Assembly (NCBI RefSeq): GCF_009914755.1 | Contig: NC_060930.1 | DNA length: 64,000 nucleotides | Direction: 5' to 3' (one strand) | Source: the human T2T-CHM13v2.0 reference genome, Homo sapiens | Shown: piece by piece, positions 33,834 through 46,467 of the stretch | How positions within the stretch are numbered: the first letter of the stretch is position 1 | How the letters are laid out: each line of letters begins with the position of its first letter | Notes under the pieces: generated by a model | Told to the model about the DNA's origin: nothing | Databases searched by the model: none | The model's input: the letters and a program-made list of their open reading frames with translations, nothing else | Translations under genes and position numbers: made by a program

Positions 33834-34090
33834 GAGAAACAGCACAGCAGAGGGATTAAGAGGATGTATTTCAGATCCAGATGGACTGTATTAAAATCTC
33901 AGTTCAGCTACTTACTAGCTGGGAAAGGTTGTGCAAGTTACTTAACCTCTCTGTGCCTTTGTTTTTTCATTTAGAAAATGTGGATAGTAATAGCTGCAAC
34001 TCACCTGGCTGTTCTGAAAATAAAATGGATTGATATTTATAAACATTATGAATAGTGCTCCCACAAAGTAAACACTATTTAAAGGTTTGC
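33834..34090 (+). mobile_element. Near full-length MIR
   Basis: CTACTTACTAGCTG...GCAAGTTACTTAACCTCTCTGTGCCT...AAAATGTGGATAGTAATAG. Confidence 0.85.
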
Positions 34091-35849
34091 GTAGGACGCT
34101 ATTTGCTTTATAAATAATACTATTTTAAACAGAATTACATGGTGTATAAAAGTAAACAGTATTTAAAGATTGGATAAATAAATAAATATTTTCCAGTCTA
34201 GTATCTCATTTGATCCTTATTTAAAACTGTGGGAAGGATAGAATATTTAATCATATTCATGGATGGTGAGAGTAGGAAGTAATAGGTTAAGTTCCTTGTA
34301 CAAACTCAAGCAGCTATTCAGTGAAATATTTAAGTACAATTTATGTCTCTTAAAACTGAATTCCTCTCTGCCAGATGTTCCTAGAATTCCTGCTTTTGGA
34401 ATAGCCACTGCAAACCTACTCTGATAAACCAGGTAGGAAGAAGAGCCTCTACTTTGTAAAATTATGGCAATAGGATTCATACAGTCATGTATTTGTTGAA
34501 GCAATAGGCCCCAAAAACATGATTAACAGAAGAAATGTTTTACTGCATTTAAGTTACTTCATGGGGATAGAAAGGTGAGAGACAGAAAAGAAGAAACCTT
34601 CTTTCTCTAGAAAAGACACATAGAAACAAAAATATTGAAATATTAACTCTACTATCTTCAATTTCCCTCTAAGGGAGAGTCTTAAATCAGTCTTTATTTA
34701 AGACTGCAGACCAAGCAGATAAGCCCTTTAAAAATAGGTCAATGCAATTTACTGTTTCACATTATAAAGTCAGATTAAAATATAGGTATAACTGTTAAAA
34801 GAGACTGATTTATTCCTCTCTAATACACACACTGAAAGAAAGTTGGATAATTTACTTTGTCCTCCTTTTTCTTGCCAGTTACATGGGCTGATATACTAAT
34901 TGAGTTTAAGCAAAGTAATTAGTGAAAAGTTCCTTTAGACATGCAAATTTAATGGCCTATTTCTATAGCGCATGAAAGAAATCTCTTTATAGAATTATAA
35001 TATTAGCACATTTGAAGTTATCTTAGAAAGCTTTGCAATCTGCCTTCCTCTTGAAACAAAAAAAAATGAAACAGGATATTTGGGCCAGCTGCTGCTAAAA
35101 TAAACAATAATTTCCCCCCTTCTAAATATCATCACCAACATACTGCCTATTTGCATTCTCAACATAAATCTATACCAACCACATCTATTTGGTTTTATGC
35201 ATTGATGCTTTTATTTAGTGACTGGGAACTAGAAACAGAGTTGGTCTTCATTGGGTTGGGCAGGAGCAAGGAATTAGAAAGAAAGGAAAAAAGGGGTAGA
35301 AGGGAAGGATGGAGCTGGTGTGGAGCCTGTTTCATATTGGCCTTTTGGCTTGGTTTTGAACTGACAGGGTAGGGTAGAGCCAGAGGGCTGATGGCATTGC
35401 TAAGTTGGGACTTTGGGAAATTCTGAGCATGGGAAAACCTGCATCAGGGCCCATGCAACAAAACAATGGCCTGGAGATGCGGAAGATGGTGTTGTTTCTG
35501 CATGAAACCGTGGGCCATGGAACTCAGCCTTGGGAACTTCCAGATGAACATTCATCGCTCGACATGGTGTTCCCATGGCTGCAGTGGCTGTTGTGAGGCT
35601 ACTCTGGTTTGCTCAGGAGATGTATATTCAGGAAAACAAAATTACAAGAGTAAGAACAGGACAGAAACCTGGGGACATACGCTGCTGATAGGTTTAATTG
35701 AATACAAATGAGGCATACTTTTGGTTATTCCTGCATATAACTTGGAGAAATTTTGAGAGGGCTAAGGCCCTGCTATTTTAGAGGTGATGATACTTGAGGC
35801 AATAGCTACATGTCTTACAAGTATATATTTCAAGTTATCCAAAGCAGAG

Positions 35850-36145
35850 TGCTATCATTTGAATATGATAGTATTAAGAAGTAGAGTCTTTAAGAGGTGA
35901 TTAGCATAATGGATCCCCCCTCATAGATGAGATTGAGGCCCTTATAATAAATGCTTTATGCAGTGTTCACCTAGTTTGTTTACTCTTCTGCCATGTGTGG
36001 ACCCAGCAGAAAGTCCCTCACCAGATACTGATCCCTTGATCTTGGACTTCCCATCCTCCAGAACTGTGAGAAATAAATTTGTGTTTATTATAAGCTATCC
36101 AGTCTTAGGTATTCCGTTATGGTGAGCACAAAACAGACTAAGACA
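35850..36145 (+). mobile_element. MaLR solo LTR (MSTC/MSTD-like)
   Basis: TG...CA termini (TGCTAT...GACTAAGACA), AATAAA, and a 5-bp TSD CAGAG at 35845-35849 and 36146-36150. Confidence 0.85.
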
Positions 36146-37589
36146 CAGAGATTCCACAATTGCCATCAATTATTTTTCTTTCTTACAAGTATCAGGAACT
36201 TCTGTGTCATCTATCATGAAATAATAGACTTACAGGCTTATAATGAATTATTTTTGTATCTTTATATTCATATATGATATACATGAAATGAATGTTGTCA
36301 CCTAGAGCTCATTTATTTTTACCCAGTGTGAGGATGTCTCTATAGTACATCTGACCATTTTTCATCAAATGCTTGAGGTTTTCCATCTAAATTCTTATTT
36401 ATAATAAATAATTCCTATTTATAGTAAACCCGAAGCAGTCCCTTGGTAACTTTTACCCTTGGTTCCTACTTCTGTTCTTTGCAGCAATAGACTCACTCTT
36501 CTGTATCACATTCCTTTATGTATCTGAAGACAAACTTTATGCCCAGCCCTACACTGCACCAAGTTTTATTTTCTCATCTAACTATCCTTTGGTTCTTTAA
36601 CCATTTTGTTTATATTCAGGGCCCCTATTTCACACTATCCTAGTTCACCTTCTCTTTACATTGATTATTTACTGTTTCAATATAGTGCTCACAAGGAGAC
36701 CCAAGTTCACCTCATTTAGAGCAAATTATTTTATAATCTTAGCAGCTGCCTTCCATGAAGGAGAAGGAAGGGAGTTAAAAGCCTTCTGAAAGTTTTAAAT
36801 ATATCACAGATTCTATGGTATATGTACTGCCTGCCCCTATTTCACAGAAGAGAAAATTGAGGCTCATAAAAGTTATACAACCAAAGCACACAGCTAGCAA
36901 ATGACAGAATCTGAATACATGTGTGTATATGTGTATATATGAATACAAATACAGGTTTCTCTGACTGTTAGAACTTACTTTTCCTAGTTCTTGATCCTTT
37001 AGTTTAGTTGATATTTTAGGAGAGGAAATAGCATCTAATATACATATTAAGTATTAAATACTCATATTCTTAAAACACTCATTTCAGTCTATAGGTGCCA
37101 ATCTATAGATAGAAGTAGGAATGAGTAGATATGGTAGAATAAATGAACTCCAAAGGATAAGAAAACAAGAGCAACAAGTAGAAGATATGTTTTGGACCCA
37201 ATTAATATAATAGTAGTGATGTCGGCATAGAGGAAGCACATGGTCAATTCACAAATCCTGATATTTCCCCAGAACCAATCTCCTCTACCTTGAAAATGTA
37301 TAGTTCATTTATTGGATGGGAATGAAATATGAATATTTATTTCAATCCCTATTAGATTTTATACTTTTTATGTGTCTGTGCCCATTTTTCTGGCCTGTTG
37401 ATTTTGCCATCCAGTGAATTTGTTACTTATGTCAGTATTATGTCATCTATGTATCTGGTAGGTAGGCATTCTGGGTCTTTATTCCATCCTCTGATATAAA
37501 TCTTGTAAACAACATAATGTAGGGCAGAGAGGATTTACAGCTTTCTACACCGTGGCATATAAATAATTAAGATCAGAATTTAAATGATG

Positions 37590-39128
37590 CAAAGGACATG
37601 ATCTTATTCTTTTTATGGCCATGTAGTATTCCATGGTGCATATATGCCAAACTTTCTTTATCCAGTCCACTGCTGATGGGCATCTAGGTGGACTCATGTC
37701 TTTGCTGTTGTGAATAGTGCTGAAATGAGCATATGCATGCATGTAGCTTTATGGTAGAATGATTTATATTCCTTTGGGTATATACCTAATAATGGGATTG
37801 GTGGGTTGAATGGTAGTTCTGCTTTAATTTCTCTAAGAAATCACCAAACTGCTTTCCACATTGACTGAAGTAATTTACATCCCCACCAGCAGTGTATAAA
37901 TGTTCCCTTTCTCTGCAACCTTGCCAATATGCTATTTCTTTTTTTTACTTTTTACTAATAGTCATCTGACTTGTACAAAATGATATCTCATTGTGGTTTT
38001 GATTTGCATTTCTCTAATGGTTAGTGATGTTGATTTTTTCATATGCTTGTTGGTCACATTTATGTCGGCTTTTGAAAAGTGTTGGCTGGGCACAGTGGCT
38101 CATGCCTGTAATCCCAACACTTTGGGAGGCCAAGTCAGGTGGATCACTTGAGATCAGGAGTTTGAGACCAGCCTGGCCAACATGGTGAAACCCCATCTCT
38201 GCTAAAAATACAACAACAACAACAACAACAACAAATTAGCTGGGTGTGGTGACATGCACCTGTAGTTGGGTGTGGTGACATGCACATGTAGTTTCAGCTA
38301 CTCAGGAGGCTGAGGCAGGAGAATTGCTTGAACCTGGGAGGTGAAGGTTGCAGTGAGCCAGGATGGCACCCCACACTCCAGACTGGGTGACAGAGTGAGA
38401 CTGTCTCAAAAACAAAAACAAAAACAAAACAGTGTTTGTTTCCTTTGTCCACTTTTTCTTGTTTGTTTTTTGCTTGTTAACTTATTTATTTCTTATAGAT
38501 TCTGGATATTAGAGCTTTGTCAGATGCCCAGTTTGCAAATATCTGTTTCCCATTCTGTAAGTTGTCTGCTTACTCTGTTGATAGTATCTTTTGCTGTGCA
38601 GAAGCTCTTTAGTTTAATTAGGTCCTATTTGTCAATTTTTGTTTTGATTTCAGTTGCTTTTAACATCTTTGTCATGAAATCATTGTTGGAGCTGATATTC
38701 AGAATGGTATTTCCTAGGTTTTCTTCAAGGGTTTTTTTTTTATAGTTTTAGGCTTTACATTTAAATCTTTAATCTATCTTGAGTTGATTATTGTATATGG
38801 TGTAAGGAAGGGGTCTGGAGATCATTATCTTAAGCAAACGAATGCAGAAACAGAAAACAAAATAATGCATGTTCTCACTTTAAAGTGGAAGCTAAACATT
38901 GAATACACTAGGACACAAAGAAGGGATCAATAGACACTGGGGTGTACTTGAGAGTGGAGGATGGGAGGATGAGGAGGATCAAAAAGCTACATATTGGGTA
39001 CCACACTTATTACCTGGGTGATGAAATAATCTGTACAACCAACCCCCAACACATGTAATTTACCTATATAACAAACTTGCACATGTACCCCTGAAACTAA
39101 AATAAACATTTTTAAAAAAATTTAAAAA
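37590..39128 (+). mobile_element. 5'-truncated, 5'-inverted L1 (L1PA15/16-like): minus segment 37590-38815, plus segment 38815-39128
   Basis: Orientation switches at GGAAGGGGTC|TGGAGATCATT; TSD AGAATT(T/C)AAATGATG at 37575-37589 and 39129-39143. Confidence 0.88.
38084..38430 (+). mobile_element. Alu (AluSz-like) inserted in the inverted L1 segment
   Basis: Full dimer; (CAA)n linker; internal 26-bp tandem duplication; AGTGTT flanks. Confidence 0.95.
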
Positions 39129-39516
39129 AGAATTCAAATGATGAAAAACTTTACATGAAAGCATGATCGCTGGAGAAAATTCTCTTGGGAATTACTAACA
39201 TCAAAGTTCCTCTCTTATATCTCTGAAAAATGCAAATAATAAATGTATCTAATACATTTTCATATATGCCATAAATGATCGTATCTAACAACAATCTGAT
39301 AAAGAACATAATAGTAATTTTATATTACAGATAAATTAACTAAATTTCAGACAATAAATAAAGCACTTAACATTACGAATCTAGTAGGTATCAGAGCCTG
39401 ATATCAAGCCTTATCTCTGATTTGGAAGTCTATGATATTAAGTACTGGTCTCTCTAAACACCTGCCCAAGTCTTTTGTGTTTCTGAACTTTTGAACCTAT
39501 TTGTTTTTCTTTTCAG

Positions 39517-39640
39517 CTTTTCATTTAATCTTGTACCTAATATGGGACGCTGGCAGTGGCAGAGAGCCAGACCGACCTTCTAAAACCAAGACTACAGACC
39601 ACACACATAGCCTTGAAGATCCGTGAACTTCTTTATAAAG
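39517..39640 (+). ncRNA. Candidate 124-nt internal exon, likely lncRNA or UTR
   Basis: Strong acceptor TTTGTTTTTCTTTTCAG| at 39516 and donor AAG|GTGCTT at 39641; unique sequence, GC-richer than its flanks; no long ORF. Confidence 0.45.
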
Positions 39641-39966
39641 GTGCTTTATGTCTGCCTTAAAAACTCAATCATACTTATATTAATGTATGCATAATATTTC
39701 TCTATTTATAATTGCTTTAAGTTGAATTGAAGAATAGTTTGCCATAAGAAACATCACTAGATATTTTCTTAGGCAGTATGTAAAAATTCCTAAGGGTTTC
39801 ATAAAGTAAAATGGATTTTCATTTTTGGGAGATAATTTAATTTTGTTTTTGTTTTATTTTGTTTTGTTTGTTTGTTTTAACTGAAGCATGAACAGCTTAG
39901 CAATTCTCCTAAGATTTCAAAAGTTAGAAGATAAATCCATACTATCACAGTTTTTCATTCTAGTAA

Positions 39967-40298
<332 letters not shown>

Positions 40299-41599
40299 AA
40301 CGTTTTTTCTTCCTGAATGCTTACTCTGTTGCCAAGTGTTGGGTGAGCTACTTCAAAAGTGGTGATATGTTTATTAGCTCTTGAAGTAAATAATAGATGT
40401 TGTGGCGCATAAAAAAGAATGGTAAGACATGGGCCCATGCTTAGGTAGGGGAGGTAGACACAATCAACACCATGTAATAACAGACAGAATTACATATGTA
40501 AACAACAGAACAGCCTAAATACAAGCTAAGTAGATGTTCAACAGAATATTATGACAAAACCTGCATTTCAAAATGTAATTTTTTTGACATTATTGCTGTT
40601 TGAATCATTATACTCTGTTAAGATGGCTATTATCAACAGCTCAATCTTGAAATAATTTCCTAATTAATTACTAAAACATGAAGTTCATTTTATATTGATG
40701 ATTTTAATTAGTTATTGGATGTAAGCAACATATCCCAAAGAAGACATTGGCTTTCACAGAAGTGGACCAGGACACCATGGCATGCCCTAAGGATTCATCA
40801 ATTTGTTTTTCATAGGTTCCCCCAGAAATGAAAAAAAAAAAAGAAAGAAAAAAAAGAAAATCTTTGTACTTAAAGAAATACTAAACAGCAAACTTGAACT
40901 AGAGTTTGAAGGAGATAAGGTGAACTAAATTTGGGTCCTATCTACCATTTATAAATCTAATCATTTTTATATTCGCTCATTAAATTGAAAATAGAAGAGC
41001 CACTAATATTCTAGACCTTCATAAAATGTATGTTAATTTCACAACATAGTTTACTGAGTGAAGCTTGAGACTCACTCAAAATTTCCACATATCAACAGTC
41101 ACAATTGACAAATGCTATGTAATTGGCATTCAGAGTAAGATTCCTGAGGAACTCTCCTAAGTTTTGAATGTCCCCATTATTTTTGCTTATTGATCTGTCC
41201 AATATTCATCACACACAAGTATACATTGGTTTCCACATGTGCATATGACATGCATTCTCAGACACACGTTACTATATTATGGGATAAAGCTAGTAAGTCT
41301 AAGGGAAAGGTATTTTAGGACTAAAATTCATAATTCAGAGTCTTTGAAGAATATATAAATGTCTATTAAATATTAAGTGACACAGCAAGTGCTTCACCAC
41401 AGTTCTCATTCTCTGTAGAGGAGTGAGACACTGAACATTTATAAGTAGATAGATTTTTCATAAGCAGTCACAGGGTTTATCTGTTATGTGAATAAACTGA
41501 GCCTAGAGAATTGGTATGACTTTCCCAATATCATGCACCTATTTTATAGCGGAACAGAATTTGGACCTCAGCTTCTCTTTCAATATAACACAACAACTA

Positions 41600-41850
41600 C
41601 TGTTCATCAGGGTTCTTGTATTCATTAGGATACTTTACCTATAGTGTTGCTAATTATAACTGCAATCCATTAATGTATGTATGTATGCATTATTATGATT
41701 ACTACTACTACTATTACCAGCTTACGGATGAAGACATTGAGGCCTAGAGAGCTTAGGTAACTCTGGAACACTTTCTCTACATTCATTATATAGCTGATGA
41801 ATGTAGAGAAAGTGTTTCAAACCCGACTAAGTCCTCATGCCTTTACTATT
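41600..41850 (-). mobile_element. MIR fragment containing an inverted-repeat insertion
   Basis: TTACGGATGAAGACATTGAGGCCTAGAGAGCTTAGGTAACT...TTTCAAACCC. Confidence 0.6.
41767..41816. repeat. Perfect inverted repeat with 20-bp arms and a 10-nt spacer
   Basis: AACACTTTCTCTACATTCAT (41767-41786) and ATGAATGTAGAGAAAGTGTT (41797-41816). Confidence 0.95.
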
Positions 41851-42289
41851 GGCAAGGAGAGAGAGGGAGCAGCATGACAATCATCATCATTTCCCAGTGC
41901 TGCGTCTGGGAAATACTATTGCCTTTTAACATTTGAGCATCTAAGAGATTTTCCTCATTTTTCTGCTGCCTTCTTCACCATCCCCCATCTCACTACAAGG
42001 AAATCTACCTCAAATGACAACAAAGAAATATATTTATTTCTTGCTTAGTTTGCTCTATGTTATTAAAACGCTATTTCTCCAGTAATATCTCAAATTCTAA
42101 AATGATCAATAAGTCAGTGTTCTAAATCTTCTGAAGTCCATTTTCTACAATTTATTCCCACCATATAGCCTTTGTAGAAGTTGGACCATAACACTGTACC
42201 AAATTAATTATTTAGACACAGATCTTCTCATGGGTACATGATCTTTGGTATCCTTACTGTTCTCCTTCATCTTGGTTATCGGAGATAAC

Positions 42290-42480
42290 TAATTTATTGT
42301 AGTAGCAAATATTTGTTGAACTCTCACTGTGGCTGGCACTGTTCTAGAGATTTTGCATGGCTTAGCTTCTGAAAATCTCACAATTACCTTTTGAGATGGA
42401 TGTTGTTATTATCCATGTATTACTGGTAATTGAACTGAGCCGATCCTCACTTTTTGAAATGTTAAGTAATTTTGTAATGA
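42290..42480 (-). mobile_element. MIR fragment
   Basis: GCAAATATTTGTTGAACTCTCACTGTGGCTGGCACTGTTCTAG...AATCTCACAATTACC. Confidence 0.65.
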
Positions 42481-43479
42481 CCGCAGTCTCACCTACAAAT
42501 CAATATATAAAATATTGAGGCTTGTAATTCTCCCTAATGTGGCTCTCAATGGTTACTAATTTATCTACAGCAAATACTTTGGCCACTTTTCATTGTATGT
42601 ATGAAAGTGAATATACTAGTGTCCAAAGAAATGAAACTGATTTTAACAGTAAAATTGTATTAGATTTTTAAATGTTGGCTGCTTTATAAAATGAAGGACA
42701 AGTACATTTATTTTAAAAGCCCTTTTTTTACACTATTCATGTATACCTTTATAAAAATGCAATGAAATTTGTCTGATATATGTTCTTTAACATCTTGTTT
42801 TATTTTTTCTTTTTGTTTTAATTTCTTCTTTTTCATGTCTTTTGTTTTTCAAAATGTTCTTCCAAATCCCCACATGATGTAAAGTAATAATTGCTAAAAA
42901 CAATAAAATATCAGTGTAGATTTTACATTTTGTTTGTTCATTTAAGAAATTTTTACTGATTATCTAAATTGCTCATGCCATCATGTCAGCCACTGAAAAT
43001 GCATCAATGAAAAACAAACTGCAGACCTCAAGCGCATGGAAAGTTTGGGTTGCTTTACTCTTTTTCAGTATTGTATGCTCTATTTTCTTATTCATCAGGT
43101 AATTTGTATTTACTAAAGCTTATTTTATCTCTCTATTTTTGGGCTGTGAGGACAATGCAAATTTCAGTGCATCACAGTGCTTTGGAGGTGGGGAAAACTA
43201 ACATTTACTCAGGGTCTCAGACATGCCAACTATTTTGTAGAGAGTATCTCATGTATCGTAATATATATTAAAGAATGGACCTTGGAGATACTCATATTAT
43301 AATCAACCCAGAAAGGCTAACTGATTCATCAAAGTTTGCACAGTTATTTAGTGTTATTCTATCTCCAGGTTCGAATTTCACTGTTTAATTCAAATTCATT
43401 GTAGCTTCTTCCCTCAAGGGGCTTTCAATGCACTTGGCAGATAGAATTTACCTATCATGGAGAAATGTACCTATATAGG

Positions 43480-43670
43480 GCCAGAATGGAGGACACAGAT
43501 TCAGGTTGACAACCTTGGTTGAAATATCAGCTCTGCCTATTGCTCCCTTTGTCTCAGTTTTTCTCTCTCTGAAATGGGATGCTAATAAAGGTTCCTGACT
43601 TGAAGGATTATTGTGGGTTATATGAGTTAGTAGATTAACATGTTGTAATTGTTATGTAAGTATTTGCTTT
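43480..43670 (+). mobile_element. MIR fragment
   Basis: GTTGAAATATCAGCTCTGCC...GTCTCAGTTTTTCTCTCTCTGAAATGGGATGCTAATA. Confidence 0.6.
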
Positions 43671-45782
43671 AAAAATGTGATCTTAAAATATACAAAGACA
43701 CATGGAATAGGACAATGAAAGTATAATGATCTTGATTTCCCACAATATAGTCATACCTTAGGCACTGGATGGAGGTCAATTCTTCCAGCTGGAAGATGAA
43801 GCCACGGGTATGGCACTAAGGCTGTTGTAAAGCCAAGAATTGCACCATGAATATAGAAACTTCTTATCTCCAAAATGAACGTGGTTGAAAAGAGAATAAA
43901 TTGTCTTAGAATTTACTAGACTGAGTAGAGGACGGAAAACAACAAATAACTTAGTAAAAAAGGAGTTTCTTATTGCTTGATATTATGCAAAGATAAAACA
44001 GCCCCTTTCTTTAAAGAGCTTACTCTTTAGCAGGAAAAATAGATAAGTAAATAATGAAAGTGTGACAAGTACAGGACAGGTATGCCCAGTGGGTGAAGAA
44101 AAGCCCCTAACTTGGGCTTGCTGCCCTATTTTACAGTTAAAGGGATGGGCTAGTGCTTCCTCCAACCAGGAATGTTGAGGTGAGAGAATAGCACTGCAGG
44201 GGAATGATGCTTCTGCAGAGGACCACAGACCACATACATGTCTCTAAATCCTGGTTCTGTTTATTTTATATATTTTATACTTGTATCTGCATATTTCAAT
44301 ACAATTATTTTCCCTCTCTGCGTTCCCACTTGGCAGAGTAACTGTAGCATTGTAAGCAAAGTGATTGATCTGATTAAAAAAAATCTTAGGAAGACAGAAC
44401 AACAGGAGTTTCTAACTTGTCTCTAAATTACATCTTTTGGCAATTATCCATTCCAAAGACATCCTTAATCATTTTAGGTTGAATTTCTTATTCTTATTTC
44501 AGTTACTTTTTTTGGCATTACAGATTACAAATCACTGATGCTTTGGCAATGGGCATATCCAATCAATTATGTTTAATAAGTTGAGAATAGAAGTTTTGTC
44601 TAAAATTAAAGTAGTCAAATGGTCAGACAGCTTCATTGAGAACTATAGCTATACATTTTCATTCTCTCCCAGACATACGACATTCTGTGTTGCTTTTATA
44701 CAAAGTATTTGTGTATGTATATACATTTTTAAGGGCAACTACCACAATTACTAGTTAAATGTTAAACTGAATGCTGATAGTTTTATTTCTCTGTGTTGAA
44801 TGTTTGGTTTTGTAGAACTGTTTCACCTGCCCATTAAAAGGAACAACCAAAACTTCTCGTTTGCATTCAGATGTTGTTTAATATTTTTTCTTTTTAGTTA
44901 AATGTGCAAATTGGTTGTCATCATTGGCAAATTGACGATACAACAATTAGGTAGAAATTGCCTCTTCATCCAGTTTTTCTAAAGCATGAATATCTCTGCA
45001 ATCTTCCAAATACTTTTCCCTTTTTTTGCATTTCAGGTCTTGTGTGATTTTTTAGCAAGTAGCTTTTTTTTTTAATTGCTGCTTTTTTTTTTATTTTTAA
45101 TTCTCTGACACTTGTATCAAGCTGTGCTTTAGAATTGAATTTAGTTCTCTGCCCAAGGTATTTGTATGTGTGCGTGTGTGTGGAACATAAATGCTTTGTA
45201 AAATACAGAAGAAAAGATCTCCTAAGGAAATTAACTATTACTTTAGACTAACATAAGAAACAAGAGACCAAAAACACTGTTTTAGTGGAAAAAATATTTA
45301 TTTGGTGCCTTTTGGAATATACCCACAATCTTTTAGCTAAGGCTAGAAGTCTGTGGCTGAATATCCCCTATGACCTTTTAAACTTTCCTACTCCAGCTCT
45401 TGTTTTATTAGGCCCATATATTTTTAATGTCCCCCAAGGTTCCTAGCACTCTGCACTTCTCTATTTATATCCCTCACTCCCACAGCTTTCCTTTCACCTC
45501 TAAATATGGGTGATCTCTAGGCCTGACCTGAATTCTAGCTTTACATATCCAACCAAACATTGCTAGAATTCATCTTTATTGGGAATCTTAAAGTAAAAAA
45601 CGTCTGAAACTTGACGGTTGATTTTTTTTTATGATTGTATACATTGAGAGAGAATGAGATAAATCTCTAGGATGCCTGCTCAAATAAACAAGTATTCCCG
45701 TTTCAGTCACTCCATTGCAGGAAGCCAGTTCACTGCAAATGTTAAGCTGATTATTATAAATTCAGTTCTAAAGAAGTAAATT

Positions 45783-46012
45783 CAGTAAATTCTCACTTAA
45801 CATTATCCATAGGTTTTTCGCTATTTTTTGCCGTGCTGTTTTATTAAACTATTTTAAGCAAAATAACATGTGAAAAACCATTTTTTTCTCATCAACCTTA
45901 GAACAAAACAACATTGAAGGAAACAATGTTATTCAATGACCTGCTGTGTGTCCTTTTGCTTAAAGCTGCAGTTTCCAGGAACCTACTGATGATGTTAAGT
46001 AATGACATTCTG
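45783..46012. mobile_element. TcMar-Tigger MITE (MER6B-like)
   Basis: Imperfect TIRs CAGTAAATTCTCACTTAACATTATCCATAGGTT... and ...AACCTACTGATGATGTTAAGTAATGACATTCTG. Confidence 0.7.
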
Positions 46013-46054
46013 TGTATCAATAAATATATCATCATGTTCCCATGCTTTTAATTG

Positions 46055-46414
46055 TTTTTATTGTGATCAAAAATGCACAACATAAAATTTATTGTCTTAA
46101 CCATTTTTAAGTGTAGAGTACAGTAGTGTTAGTTATATGCACATTTTTATGTAACAGATATCTGGAATTTGTTTCATCTTGCAAAAATATAACTCTGTAT
46201 TCACTGAACCATATCTCCCTTTTCCCCTGATCTTTGGCCCCTGTCATCCTCCATTCTACTTTGTTTCTAGGAGTTTGACTATTTTAGATATCTTTATTGA
46301 TATCTAAATAATCATGAAGTCATGAAGTATTTGGTTTTTTTGTGACAATTTTATTTCCTCCACCTTGTAACACACTGCAGGATTTTCTTCTCTGTTAAGG
46401 TTGCATAATATTCC

Positions 46415-46467
<53 letters not shown>

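Noticed and set aside
35151-35711. Overlapping short ORFs in a GC-richer patch
   Set aside because: No recognisable protein similarity and no convincing splice boundaries.
39517-39640. Naming the host gene or chromosomal locus
   Set aside because: I cannot identify it reliably from sequence alone; a BLAT search is needed.
41889-41914. 9-bp-arm inverted repeat ATTTCCCAG...CTGGGAAAT
   Set aside because: Short enough to be expected by chance in a window of this size.
45037-45157. Possible exon (TTTCAG|...AAG|GTATTT)
   Set aside because: The body is dominated by T-runs and looks intronic; such splice-like sites are expected by chance.
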